Assembly (NCBI GenBank): GCA_963708295.1
Contig: CAVPSJ010000012.1
Span: 192,001 to 256,000 of the forward strand
Length of the DNA: 64,000 nucleotides
From: an uncultured delta proteobacterium
GTDB lineage: Bacteria > Desulfobacterota > BSN033 > UBA1163
Direction: 5' to 3'
The first letter of the stretch is position 1; every line of letters starts with the position of its first letter. A model generated the notes under the pieces. It worked only from the letters and a program-made list of their open reading frames with translations, had not been told where the DNA came from and did not search any database. The position numbers were made by a program, and so were the translations under genes. Positions 1 to 10,958 of the stretch are shown here, one piece after another.

Positions 1-128
1 CTGGCCCCGTACATGGTCTCTCTCATGTCATCGATCAATTTTCTCACTTCTTCGTCGATCTCACCGACCGGCTCGCACTTTTTCTTCAATACCGGATGAG
101 GATATTTGACGATTTCCAGAATAGCCAT
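1..128 (-). CDS. def: Peptide deformylase, N-terminal part (runs off window)
   Basis: Own translation from ATG 128: MAILEIVKYPHPVLKKKCEPVGEIDEEVRKLIDDMRETMY, a typical Def N-terminus. Confidence 0.9.
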   Translation of the reverse strand, partial: MAILEIVKYPHPVLKKKCEPVGEIDEEVRKLIDDMRETMYGA

Positions 129-132
129 CTTT

Positions 133-903
133 CTATCTCGGGCTCCTCTCCTTCATACAAGATAACATAAATAGGGAGAAAATGGCCAACAGGATGCCGA
201 TCGCTTGAGAGGTGGAAAGGAGATCTGTGAAGAGAAACCCCCTCGGGTCGCCTCTAAAGATTTCAACGAAAAAGCGCAGGATCGAGTAGAGAAAGAGAAA
301 GAGCCAGAAGATCTGCCCGTCGAAAGACTTTCTCTTTTCCATCCAGCTCAAAAAGAAAAAGAGGACGAATCCGTTCACCGCCTCGTAGAGCTGGGTGGGA
401 TGAAGGGGGACATTCAACCGGGCCAATGAGTCCGGATTCCTGAAGACGACCGCCCACGGCAGGGAAGTCTCTTTCCCGTAGCAGCATCCGGCCAGAAAGC
501 AGCCAATCCTGCCGGAAGAGAGGCCCAGGGCAATCAGAGGGGAAATCAGATCAGCCAATCTCCAAACAGGCAACCGGTGCCGCTTCATAACCCCGAAGGC
601 AACTCCGGCCGCCGCGATCAGCCCGCCATAAAAGACCAACCCGCCTTCCCATAGCTTGAAGACCTGCAAAGGATCCCGGCGAAAGACGTCCAAATGGAGT
701 AAGACATACAGGATTCTTGACCCGAGGAAGCCGGACAGGACCGTGTAGAACAAGAGATCGGCTGCGTTTTCAAAAGAAAGCTTGATGTCTGATTTTCGAA
801 CTTTTGAGACGGCGAGAAGGGCCGCCATGACAAGGCCCACAGCGATGAAGAACCCGTAAGCATAAATGCGGAACCGGCCGAATTGAAACAGGATGGGAGA
901 CAT
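133..903 (-). CDS. lgt: Prolipoprotein diacylglyceryl transferase
   Basis: Motifs WEGGLVFYGG, GRIGCFLAGCCYG, HPTQLYE, RFFVEIFR; next to lspA. Confidence 0.95.
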   Translation of the reverse strand: MSPILFQFGRFRIYAYGFFIAVGLVMAALLAVSKVRKSDIKLSFENAADLLFYTVLSGFLGSRILYVLLHLDVFRRDPLQVFKLWEGGLVFYGGLIAAAGVAFGVMKRHRLPVWRLADLISPLIALGLSSGRIGCFLAGCCYGKETSLPWAVVFRNPDSLARLNVPLHPTQLYEAVNGFVLFFFLSWMEKRKSFDGQIFWLFLFLYSILRFFVEIFRGDPRGFLFTDLLSTSQAIGILLAIFSLFMLSCMKERSPR

Positions 904-907
904 ACTT

Positions 908-982
908 ATTTCAAATCTCGAATTTCAGATTTCAGATTGAATTGAAGTCTTCAATTTGCGATTTGCAATTTGAATTTGAACT
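908..982. repeat. Degenerate ~7-nt tandem repeats in inverted arrangement
   Basis: atttcag/atttgca/atttgaa units; similar tracts at ~5190-5270, 22790-22855, 47630-47780 and 58385-58535. Confidence 0.5.
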
Positions 983-983
983 T

Positions 984-1474
984 TCATTTGGCGCTTTTCT
1001 TCCGATCTCCTTTCAACAATTCCAGGGCCATCAATCCGATCCCGATGCAGATGGCCGAATCTGCAACATTGAAAGCGGGCCAATGGTAGGTAGAGAGATG
1101 GAAGTCGAGGAAATCGACCACTTCTCCGTATCGAAGGCGGTCGATGAGGTTTCCCGCGGCTCCGCTCAGAATGAGAGAAAATGAGAGGCCGAGGGTCTTC
1201 TCATTCTCTTTGACTCTAAGAAAGAGAAAGATAATGGCTCCGATGGCAACCAGGGACACAACCACAAAGAGGATCGAGCCGAGTCCCCCCTTTTCCCCCC
1301 GAAAATCCCAAAAGCGCCTCCTGTGTTCCGGACATGGGTGAGATTGAAAAACCCCTGGATCACTTCCACCCTCTGGTAGAGAGGTAGTTTCTGTACCACC
1401 AGGGACTTGGTCCACTGGTCCAGCAAGAGAACCCCGATACAGAAAACCAAAAGGACCCAGTATTTTCGTTTCAT
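984..1474 (-). CDS. lspA: Lipoprotein signal peptidase II (one frameshift)
   Basis: LDQWTK and NTGGAFG in ORF 1166-1474; GNLIDR, VVDF and FNVAD in ORF 984-1415. Confidence 0.93.
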
Positions 1475-1487
1475 ACGTGACCTGTTA

Positions 1488-1655
1488 CTAATAGGGCCAT
1501 AATTGAGAAGACAGAATTATACTGCTCCGGCAGATCCCCATCCCCTTCCTAACCTCCCCCTTGAAGGGGGAGGAGAACAGCAACTTCCTTTCTGCGAGGA
1601 GCAACATAGTAATTTCCCTCCCTTTCAGGGGAGGGAAAGGGTGGGGGTGGGAACT
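1488..1655. mobile_element. MITE-like palindromic doublet, copy 1
   Basis: Very similar to 62846-63014 (shared aattatactgctccgg..ccccatcccc..taacctcccccttgaagggggagga). Confidence 0.75.
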
Positions 1656-1698
1656 TTTTAATTTTCGCTATGCGCTCTGCGCCTTGCTCTCTGCGATT

Positions 1699-4510
1699 TC
1701 ACCCCTGGATCGCCTCGATGCACCTGTGGCAGATGGTTCCATGCTCCTGATGAGTCCCGACGGTGACTTCATAGTTCCAGCATCTCTCACACTTCTTCCC
1801 CTCTGCCGGAGATACTTCCACCCGCACCTCTTTTTCATCTTTGGCGAGATGAAGGATGACGGAGGAAACAATAAAGACGAACTTCAGGTCCTTCTCGTAA
1901 CATTCAAGAAAAGGATAGATCTTCTCGGGAACATAGAGATGAACCTGCGCATCCAAGGACAGTCCGATGATCTTCTCTTTACGTGCTTCTTCCAGGACTT
2001 TGGTCACCAGGGTTCGGATCTCCCACAGCCTCTCCCAGCGTTCGTTCAGGGCGTCGTCCAGATACTCGCTTTTCACTTCAGGGAACAGCGCCAGATGAAC
2101 ACTTTCTGACTTTCCGCGCTCTTCCGGAAGGAGTTGCCAGACCTCCTCTGACGTGAAAGAGAGAATAGGAGCCATGAGGCACGTCAACGCTTTTAAAATC
2201 TCGTAGAGCGCGGTCTGAGCCGACTTCCGGGCTTGAGAACCGGACGAAGAGGTATAAAGCCGGTCCTTCAAAATATCAAAATAAAGGGCGCTCATCTCCG
2301 CCGCGCAGAAATTCTGAACGGCGTGGTAGACCGTGTGGAATTCGAAACGCTCATAAGCCTCTCGGACCCTGCCCGTGAGCTTCTGGAGCTGGTGGAGCGC
2401 CCATCGGTCCAACTCATGGAGTTCGCCATAGGGAACCCGGTCTTTTTCGGGATGGAAGTCGTACAGATTTCCTAAAAGAAACCGAAAGGTGTTTCGGATT
2501 CGGAAGTAGCTGTCGGCTAAACGTTTCAGGATCTCGTTGGAGATCTTGATGTCATCTCTGTAATCCTCTGCCGCGACCCAGAGCCTCAATACATCGGCCC
2601 CCAATCGATCGATGATTTCGTCGGGAGCAACCACATTTCCCGCCGACTTGGACATCTTCTTGCCCTCTCCATCCACGACAAATCCGTGGGTCAGGACGGT
2701 ACGATAAGGGGCACACCCTCTTGTCCCGACGGAAGTCAAAAGGGAACTGTGGAACCATCCCCGGTGCTGATCGCTTCCTTCCAGGTAGAGACTCGCCGGA
2801 AACTCAAGCTCGCTCCGTTTCTCCAGGACGGCTGCATAGGAGACCCCCGAGTCAAACCAGACATCCAGAATATCCGTCTCCTTCGTAAATTCCTTTCCGC
2901 CGCACTGAGGGCAGCGGGTCCCCTTGGGCAGCAGGTGATCCGTCCCTTCTTCAAACCAGATGTCCGCTCCCTTCTCCTCAAAAAGACGGGCGACATGTTC
3001 GATGGTTTCCTGGTTGACCAGAGGTTGTTTGCAGCCCGCACAGTAAAAGACGGTGATCGGAATCCCCCAGGCCCTCTGTCTGGAGACGCACCAATCCGGC
3101 CGGTTTTCAACCATCCCGTAGATTCGATCCTTTCCCCAGGGAGGGATCCAGCTCACTTCATTGATGGCCTTCAAGGCATCCCGTCTCAACCCCATTCTTT
3201 TCCATCGAGATGAACCATTGCTCCGTCGCCCGAAAGATGATCGGGTCGTTGGTACGCCAGCAATGCGGATAAGAGTGGACCATCATCTCCTCTTTGAGGA
3301 GCGCTCCCACCTCCGCCAGCTTTTTGTTGACGGCACCGTTGGCGTCAAAAACAAACTGCCCGGCGAAGAAAGGAACATCCTGGGTAAACCGGCCATCATC
3401 ATCGACCGGACTGTAGATCTCCAAGCCATATTGCACCCCGCTTTCATAATCCTCTTGACCGTGGCCGGGCGCCGTGTGCACACACCCCGTCCCCGCATCC
3501 AAGGTCACATAGGGGGCGAGGATGATCAGCGAATCCCGGTCGAGGAAGGGATGCCGGGCTTTGAGTCCTTCCAGTTTTTTTCCTGCAAATTTCTCCACCA
3601 CTTCATATTTCTTGATTCCGAATTTCCTCATGTCCTCTTCTAAAAGGCCCTCTGCCAGGATATAGATCTCTCCGCCCACATCCACGGCTACGTAAGTAAA
3701 ATCGGGATGCAGCGCAATCGCCAGGTTGGCCGGGATCGTCCAGGGCGTGGTCGTCCAGATGATGACGTAAACAGGCTTTCCCCCGAGGCTTGGGAACAAA
3801 TCCCCGATGTCCCCCCCACCCTTTCCCTCCCCCTCAAGGGGGGAGGGGCGGGAGGGGGTGGAGATCATTTTGAATTTCACATAGATGGAGGGGGAACGAT
3901 GGTCCTCGTATTTTACCTCCGCCTCGGCCAATGCGGTCTTGCAGGTAGGGCACCAGTGGACCGGCTTCTTTCCCTTGTAAACGGAGCCGTTTAGAAGAAA
4001 CTTTCCGAACTCTCTGACGATCGTCGCCTGGTATTCAAAATTCATGGTCAAATAGGGATTTTCCCATTCGCCAAAGATTCCCAGGCGTTTAAACTCCTCC
4101 CTCTGAATCCCCACAAATCTGGCCGCGTACTCCCGGCACCGCTTCCGAATGTCAACGACGGACAGTTCTTTTTTCTTCGAACCGAGACTCTTTTCCACCT
4201 CGTGTTCAACAGGCAAGCCATGACAGTCCCATCCTGGAACATAATGGCTATCCAACCCTGCCATAGACTTCGATTTCAAGATGAAGTCTTTCAGGATTTT
4301 ATTCAAGGCCGTGCCGATGTGAATGTTTCCGTTGGCGTAGGGAGGACCGTCGTGAAGGATATATTTCGGCCTTCCTTTCACCTGCTGGCTCAATCGGGGG
4401 TAAGTCCCCTTCGCCTCCCATGCTTTCAGCATATCCGGCTCCCTCTTAGCCAAATTGGCCTTCATGGGAAAGTCGGTCTTCGGAAGATTCAATGTCTTAC
4501 GGTAATCCAT
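1699..4510 (-). CDS. ileS: Isoleucyl-tRNA ligase (frameshift near 3160-3195)
   Basis: [13 protein letters not shown] (HIGH-like), [25 protein letters not shown]-terminal CERCW zinc finger. Confidence 0.97.
3812..3859 (-). repeat. 48-nt palindromic repeat inserted in frame in ileS
   Basis: Encodes [16 protein letters not shown]; same CCCTCCCCCTTGAGGGGGAGGG hairpin family as the intergenic repeats. Confidence 0.8.
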
Positions 4511-4718
4511 TACCTTTCCTTCCTGCTCAAAATCTCACCTGAGCCGAGCCACTTTCTCGTCAGCCTCAAAAGCCGAAGCTTCGAGTGATGGTGAAGGGGG
4601 CACTTTTTATTCAAAAATGTCCCTTCATTGAATAAAGATTGGAAATCCATTATTTTTAAAGTTATTAAAATAACATAAAAACACTGAGTTATCAATCCTT
4701 TGATGACACGGAGGGCAG

Positions 4719-5192
4719 ATGAAGCAGAAGTCCAAGAAAGGGGAAGTCACCCGCCGGGGGAGGAGAAGGGGTTCCGAGAATGCCCGGAGATCCATTCTTG
4801 AAGGGGTACGCAAAGATTCCTCGTCGCTGTCCCGGGCGTACCGGCTGACCCGAATAGCCTCTCGAGCGGGTTTCGACTGGCCGAATATCGAAGGGGTGTT
4901 GAAAAAATTGGATGAAGAGATGGGGGAGTTCAGGGAAGCCCTTGCTCTTCAAGACAGGGAAAAGATTCGTGAAGAAATCGGGGACCTCTTTTTTGTATTG
5001 GCGAACGTTTCGCGGCTTCTCCGCCTCCATCCGGAGGAGGCCTTGAAAAAAACGTTGAACAAATTTGTATCTCGATTCCATTACATCGAGGCATCGCTTC
5101 ACCGGAAAGGAAAATCTCTCCGTCAGTCCGACCTGGCCGAAATGGAACAATTATGGGAGGAATCAAAAAAGAAGAAAATCAAATGGGATTGA
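4719..5192 (+). CDS. MazG-family protein, C-terminal MazG domain only
   Basis: ASRAGFDW, KLDEEMGE, EEIGDLFF, PEEAL, KFVSRF, MEQLWEESK. Confidence 0.85.
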   Translation: MKQKSKKGEVTRRGRRRGSENARRSILEGVRKDSSSLSRAYRLTRIASRAGFDWPNIEGVLKKLDEEMGEFREALALQDREKIREEIGDLFFVLANVSRLLRLHPEEALKKTLNKFVSRFHYIEASLHRKGKSLRQSDLAEMEQLWEESKKKKIKWD

Positions 5193-5279
5193 AGGAATCA
5201 GGAATTAAGGAATTGAAAGGAGATTAAACCCAATTCACTACAGAGCTTCTAAATTCCTGAATTGCATAATTGATTTTAG

Positions 5280-5517
5280 TAAGGTGTTGAAAAAATCATT
5301 CTTTGCGGGACGCTCAAAAATGCCCGGATGCGAGGCGCCCGCGAGCCTTTCACCTGCCGGTCAGGCAGGCAATCCTGAGAGTGGCGTCGCGACGAATAAG
5401 GAGCGACATCTTGCCACGCCGACGAGTTGGTGAGTCGGCCGGAGGCGTACTCAGATGTACGCCGCAACGACGAAGGATGAGGGGAACGAAGTAGATGGGC
5501 TTTTTTCAGCGTCCCGT
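5280..5517. mobile_element. MITE-like element related to 16746-16994
   Basis: Shared blocks gctcaaaaatgcccggatgc, gcgacgaataaggagc, gaaggatgagggg, agatgggc..tttcagc. Confidence 0.7.
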
Positions 5518-6959
5518 CAGATGAAAAATTCGGAAGTGTTGATATTATAGTCATTCGGATCGAGGGTTTTGACGATGGTCCTCTTGAATTCTCCGGACAC
5601 CTCATCCCTCTCTGCCAAGTCCACCCCCTTCTCTTTCCGATATTCTCCGTCGCTATAATAAATCACGCAGACCCTGGGACGGCCGATCAGTTCCGGATCC
5701 TCCTGGGCTTGGGTAACGATCCCCATCTCGTTGGTATTGAGTAGCACCAACGTCCCCAGCGGAAAGATCCCGATCATGTGAATGAAGACTTTGGTGATTG
5801 CAGGGTCGATGTCTTTTCCGCTTCGTTCCAGCATCCGACCCACGACTTTCTCGGAGACATAAGGAAATCGATGATCGGCTCTCGGCCTCACCAGGGCATC
5901 GTAGAAATCGGCTACGGCAATGATCCTGCCAAAAAGAGAAATCTTTTTCTTTTGGGTGAGCCTCGGGTATCCGGTCAAATCGTACCCAAGATGGTGCTCA
6001 AAAGCCCCTTCCATCATCCGCGCGGAAGGTTCCCCCCATTCGTTCATCCTCATCAGGATCTCCGTCCCGAGGACGGGGTGGGCTCGCAGAATGAAAGATT
6101 CTCCGGGGGACAACTTTTCCGTTTTGTTAAGGATCTCCTCCGGGATCTTCGTCTTGCCCACATCGTGGAATAAACCGGCCATGCCCAGATAGGAAAGGTA
6201 TTTTTTGGAAATCCCGATCCTCTGGCCCAAGGCAACGGCGTAAATCGCCACATTCACAGAATGGTTGAAGGTGTATTCATCGTAATTTTTTATATTGGCC
6301 AGCCCTAACAACGTGGCGTCGTCCTTCAGAACGGCGTTCACCGCGTTCTGCATGAGACGCCTGGCTTTTCGGAAAGGAACGGATGTTCCTTGATGAATAC
6401 TCTTCGCTACCTCCCTGACGAAGCCCACGCACCTGAAATAGACTTCTTTCGAATACTTCTTCTCACCTTCAGAATTGCCATCCTCATCTTCCAACAACTC
6501 CAATTTTCCCACTTCGATGGTTTCAATCTTTCGCTCTTCTAATTGCCTTTCGAGCGAAAGGTAATTGTCCTCGTTATTCTCCTCCAGACCGGATAGGAAA
6601 TAGATCAGATCTTTGAGATGTTCTACGTCTACTGCCCCTGAAAACTCTATTCCCCCGATCCTCCGCTTTCTCATCTCCCGCCTTAACGCTTTAAAGAGGA
6701 GATAGTTGTCGGCGGTCGCGATGACCCGGGTTTGATTGAAGAAGAAATGATCCCCACCGATTCTCAGCAAAAGATTCCCCTCCCCCTGGAGGATGCCGTT
6801 GATCACCTGAAGGCATTCCCGGGTGAGGCGATTCATGACGACACTCTCCCGGGCATAAAGGGCCGCCCCCCTGAAGAGTCGGTAGAAGGCTGTCACGAAT
6901 TCCGTCCCCGATTTCATCGGAAGAGGCTCCTGGACAAGGATGGGCTTTTCATCTGGCAT
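5517..6959 (-). CDS. HD-GYP domain protein (putative cyclic dinucleotide phosphodiesterase)
   Basis: YTFNHSVNV, FHDVGK, HH..DLTGYP, IAVADFYDAL, G.FPLGTLVLL. Confidence 0.88.
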   Translation of the reverse strand: MPDEKPILVQEPLPMKSGTEFVTAFYRLFRGAALYARESVVMNRLTRECLQVINGILQGEGNLLLRIGGDHFFFNQTRVIATADNYLLFKALRREMRKRRIGGIEFSGAVDVEHLKDLIYFLSGLEENNEDNYLSLERQLEERKIETIEVGKLELLEDEDGNSEGEKKYSKEVYFRCVGFVREVAKSIHQGTSVPFRKARRLMQNAVNAVLKDDATLLGLANIKNYDEYTFNHSVNVAIYAVALGQRIGISKKYLSYLGMAGLFHDVGKTKIPEEILNKTEKLSPGESFILRAHPVLGTEILMRMNEWGEPSARMMEGAFEHHLGYDLTGYPRLTQKKKISLFGRIIAVADFYDALVRPRADHRFPYVSEKVVGRMLERSGKDIDPAITKVFIHMIGIFPLGTLVLLNTNEMGIVTQAQEDPELIGRPRVCVIYYSDGEYRKEKGVDLAERDEVSGEFKRTIVKTLDPNDYNINTSEFFI

Positions 6960-6974
6960 CGGAATATCGACTCC

Positions 6975-8729
6975 TTAGGGAGATGGGCTCCTCAGGGCGC
7001 GGGTGCAGGCATCCCGGAGGACCTCGTCCTTTGAGTCTTTCCCCTCCTCCAAAACGGCGATGGCATCCGGCGTCCCGATCATGGCAAGGGCATGGGCAGC
7101 CCCGATACGGGTTTCATCGATCTTTCCTCGACCGAACCAACTCTTTCGTTCCAACAAGTCTTGCAGCGCAGAAACCACTTCATTGGAACCCGCCATACCG
7201 ATCCCGTTGAAGAAGGCTCTGATCTCTACCGGTTCCCTTTTAGAAAAATCCTTCGATTGCACTATTTCTATGAGGGGGATCAAGCCCGCTTTCTTGCCCA
7301 TTTTCCCCAGATTAATGGCGGCCATGCAGCGGATTCGGACATCATTGTCCGTGAGGGCCCTCACCAATAATCCGACGGTTTTCTGGCCGCCGATGAGTCC
7401 CAGGGACTGGATGGCTTCTCTCCGCACCCGATTCTCTTCATGGTTGAATGCCCTCTGGATATAAGGAAGGGATTCTTCTTTTCCGATTCGGCCCAGGATG
7501 TAGACGATATTCCGAATCAGGAACCACCGCCGATCCTCCATGAAAGGGGTGAACAGTTCGATCGCATCCTTTCCGATTTCTGCGAGGGCGTCGCAGAATA
7601 CCCTTCTCGCCTTTGAGTTTTTCAGCTCCCCTAACAGGTTGACCAAAGGCTGGATGGAGTTCTTTTGAAGGAGCAAAAGATAGGCGTTCACCTCTTCCAG
7701 ACGAACCTCCTCCCTCTCCAGAATCTTCCCGATCCTTGCGACCCGCGCTTCCTCGCCGGCTTCCAAAAAGATTCCCCTGATTTTTTCAACCTGCCAATCC
7801 TGGAGACCGTCGGTTTCGAGAAGGAGACGAACTCGTTTCAAGAGATCCCCTGCCTGGACGAACCGGCCATGCATCAGGAAGTCGTCCAATACGTTGACCA
7901 CCGACTGGACCACGCCCTGGTAAGGCTCCTGCTCTTTTTCCAAAAACAAAATCTCAAAAAGTATGTCCGTGATATTGAATGCAAAACTGCGGTTAACTTC
8001 GGCTTCGACGTCTTCTCTCAATCCCTCCGCTTCCTCTGCAGTAAAGGAATAAATGCTCGGGTCCGAAACAAAGGGAGAAAGCTCCTCGGTTCCTTTGGAT
8101 AGGATTGCATTCAAATCCGCTCCCTCCTCTGAACCCCCTGCCTCCACGAGATGGGCAACGGGTTTGAGGACCAAATTTTTTCTGAATTGCTCGACCGTAT
8201 CCGGGAGGAGGAGCATTGACTCCTCCGAATATTCATCCACCGCCAGATAGCGGATGTGCACAAAATCTCTCTCCCACATCATCGTGATCATATCCCCCTC
8301 GGATGGGTTGACCTGTTCACTCTGCTTGAGGATATCGATGATGCCCTGAACCTCCCACTCTTCCAGATTCTTCAAAAACCGGATTTCTCTTAATCCGTCT
8401 TTATACAGGGAAAAGGCGAGGCTTGTCTTCACGTCCCGATTCTCGTATAAGATCTTGCCTTTATAGGAAAGATCGTATTGCCCGACCTGAATCACGAAGG
8501 ACGGATATTTATTTAAGAAATGCCGGAATTTTCTGAGCAGCTGGTCCTTCAGCCCTTTGAGGGTGGGATTGTCGGGGGGATGGAATCGAAAGGCCTTGAT
8601 CGCCTTGACGAAAGCGCTGGTGAGATCCCTTGAGAGGAGGATCTCTTCATCCGTCTCTGTTTCCTCGATCGGCGGCATTTCTCCGCTCAGATCGAGAAAT
8701 TTTTTGTCCGCCGAAACCTCTTCAGGCAT
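6975..8729 (-). CDS. HEAT-repeat protein
   Basis: C-terminal repeats RWFLIRNIVYILGRI, RVRREAIQSLGLI, RIRCMAAINLGKM; 15 bp from the HD-GYP gene. Confidence 0.8.
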   Translation of the reverse strand: MPEEVSADKKFLDLSGEMPPIEETETDEEILLSRDLTSAFVKAIKAFRFHPPDNPTLKGLKDQLLRKFRHFLNKYPSFVIQVGQYDLSYKGKILYENRDVKTSLAFSLYKDGLREIRFLKNLEEWEVQGIIDILKQSEQVNPSEGDMITMMWERDFVHIRYLAVDEYSEESMLLLPDTVEQFRKNLVLKPVAHLVEAGGSEEGADLNAILSKGTEELSPFVSDPSIYSFTAEEAEGLREDVEAEVNRSFAFNITDILFEILFLEKEQEPYQGVVQSVVNVLDDFLMHGRFVQAGDLLKRVRLLLETDGLQDWQVEKIRGIFLEAGEEARVARIGKILEREEVRLEEVNAYLLLLQKNSIQPLVNLLGELKNSKARRVFCDALAEIGKDAIELFTPFMEDRRWFLIRNIVYILGRIGKEESLPYIQRAFNHEENRVRREAIQSLGLIGGQKTVGLLVRALTDNDVRIRCMAAINLGKMGKKAGLIPLIEIVQSKDFSKREPVEIRAFFNGIGMAGSNEVVSALQDLLERKSWFGRGKIDETRIGAAHALAMIGTPDAIAVLEEGKDSKDEVLRDACTRALRSPSP

Positions 8730-8998
8730 ACATTCCCTTTTCGTGCAGCCCCGTCGTTAAGCCTGCCGTTCCGATCGTTTCCTCAGGTCAAGCCGCCGGA
8801 AAACCTCCCGCGCTGGACATCGGGGCCCCCGGTGTTCAACGTCGGCAGGCTATCTCTTGAGATGGTTCTATCTTTAAGAATTTTGGGCGATTTGTCAATA
8901 ATTTTTTTGAGGTTTAGAAAAAAACAAAGCTGATCCGGGCCCCCGGATGACGCCCTCCCCCTTGAACAATCCCTCAAGAGATGGTATTTTGTCGGTGA

Positions 8999-9757
8999 GT
9001 GAATGATTTTGGAATGATGACGCCTCCTTCCCCCAATCCACCGAAGGGCATGCTTTATATCGTCTCCACTCCTATCGGGAACCGGGAGGATATTACCTTA
9101 AGAGCCCTCCGAATCCTGAAGGAAGTTGACTTAATCGCCGCGGAAGACACCCGGCACACCGGCCTCCTCCTGAAACACTTTGGAATCCAGACCCCGCTCA
9201 GCAGCTATTTTGAAGGAAACGAACTCAGGAAAAGGGATCTCATCCTCTCCAGATTGAAGCAGGGCGACCGGGTAGCCCTTGTCTCAGACGCGGGAACCCC
9301 CGGCATCTCGGATCCCGGGTTTCGTCTGATCCAACTGGCCATTGAGAACCAAATTCCTGTCGTCCCGATCCCCGGCGCTTCCGCCGTGATCACCGCTCTC
9401 AGCGTCTCGGGCCTTCCGACGGACGCCTTTCTCTTTAAGGGTTTCTTACCCCACAAATCAACCAAGAGGAGAGGGCTGCTCGAGCAATTGGAGAATAAGA
9501 GAGAAACCCTCATTCTTTATGAATCCCCTCATCGTATCGTCGAGACGTTAAAGGACATTTTTGATATTTTGGGCGACCGGGAGATCGTTCTTGCCCGGGA
9601 ACTAACCAAGATTTACGAGGAGGTACTTCGCGGCAGGGTGAGTGAAATCCAGAGCCGGATCACAGGGAGAACGATCAAGGGAGAAATTACCTTGGTCATC
9701 TCTGGAAAGACCCGCAAGGGAGCCCGCCGGGTGGAACCCATTGTCACCGCTGAATGA
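8999..9757 (+). CDS. rsmI: 16S rRNA C1402 2'-O-methyltransferase
   Basis: LYIVSTPIGN, AAEDTR, SDAGTPGISDPG, YESPHR, RELTK, KGEI. Confidence 0.95.
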   Translation: MNDFGMMTPPSPNPPKGMLYIVSTPIGNREDITLRALRILKEVDLIAAEDTRHTGLLLKHFGIQTPLSSYFEGNELRKRDLILSRLKQGDRVALVSDAGTPGISDPGFRLIQLAIENQIPVVPIPGASAVITALSVSGLPTDAFLFKGFLPHKSTKRRGLLEQLENKRETLILYESPHRIVETLKDIFDILGDREIVLARELTKIYEEVLRGRVSEIQSRITGRTIKGEITLVISGKTRKGARRVEPIVTAE

Positions 9758-9879
9758 ATATGCTACAAGATGAACTCGGCAGATGAAGAATCGATCCCGA
9801 GAGCCTTGGGGCAGGAAGTTTTCTGGGTCTCCTATCATGGGAGGTAATCCCTCAGTTATGAGTTCAAGTAATGCAAACG

Positions 9880-10002
9880 TACCCTTTTACCCCTCTTTAG
9901 TATCCTTTTCCTGTCATAGACAGGCAAAGAGGGGCAAGGGGAGATTTTCTCAGCGTGATTTAAAAATCCCCCTTTATCCCCCTTTGCTAAAGGGGGATAA
10001 GA
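9880..10002. repeat. REP-like palindromes
   Basis: ttatccccctttgctaaagggggataa hairpin plus an adjacent cccctcttt..aaagagggg. Confidence 0.6.
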
Positions 10003-10025
10003 ATACCCGAGGCTGAGGGGTTCCT

Positions 10026-10958
10026 ATGGAAGCATCTTTTCGCAAAGAAATCGTCCTAAGAACGAGTGGTTTGAGTAAGAGGTTCGCAAGGCGCTGGGCC
10101 GTCAAGGATCTCAATCTTGAGGTTCACCGGGGGGACGTCTTTGGCTTTCTCGGTCCCAATGGAGCGGGGAAAAGTACGACCATTCGGATGATTCTGACCC
10201 TTCTCAGACCGACGGCGGGCTCGATCGAAATTTTTGGGAAGGATCTTCAACAAAAACGCCGCTCCGTTCTTTCCCGGGTGTGCGGAATCGTGGAGAAACC
10301 CGATTTCTATCTGTACCTTTCGGCCTACAAAAATCTCGAGATCCTCGGCTCAATGACCCGCAGCATTCGAAAGGATGAGATCATGGAAGCCCTGGATGCG
10401 GTCGGGCTGACGTCACGCGCTTTCGAGAAGGTCAAGACTTTTTCACACGGAATGAAACAACGCCTTGGAATCGCTCAGGCCCTTTTGACCAACCCGGAAC
10501 TGATCATCCTGGACGAACCGACATCGGGGCTTGACCCACAGGGGATGAAAGAAGTCAGAGAATTGATTAAGAAGCTCTCGACGGAAAGGGAAATGACCAT
10601 CTTCCTTTCTTCGCACCTTCTTTCCGAGGTCGAACTGGTGGCCACGCGGATGGCCGTCGTCAACCACGGGAAGCTGATCGTCCAGGGAGACGTTTCGAAA
10701 CTGCTTGAGAGAGAAGCAACGGAATACTCCGTCCAAGCCTCCCCCTTTGACGCAGCGGTCAAACTCATCGGGGATCTCCCCTGGGCGAACGTCGCCTCCA
10801 CCGAGAACGGCAAGATCGAGGTGCATCTGACCTCCGGACGCGCATCCGAGTTGAACAGCGTTCTGGTGACCCATGGGATCGATGTCTCTTCTTTTTACCC
10901 GCATCGAACCCTGGAGGATTTCTTTTTGAGGATTACCGAAGGGACATCCGAGATATGA
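10026..10958 (+). CDS. ABC transporter ATP-binding protein
   Basis: GPNGAGKST, FSHGMKQR, ILDEP, SSH. Confidence 0.93.
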   Translation: MEASFRKEIVLRTSGLSKRFARRWAVKDLNLEVHRGDVFGFLGPNGAGKSTTIRMILTLLRPTAGSIEIFGKDLQQKRRSVLSRVCGIVEKPDFYLYLSAYKNLEILGSMTRSIRKDEIMEALDAVGLTSRAFEKVKTFSHGMKQRLGIAQALLTNPELIILDEPTSGLDPQGMKEVRELIKKLSTEREMTIFLSSHLLSEVELVATRMAVVNHGKLIVQGDVSKLLEREATEYSVQASPFDAAVKLIGDLPWANVASTENGKIEVHLTSGRASELNSVLVTHGIDVSSFYPHRTLEDFFLRITEGTSEI

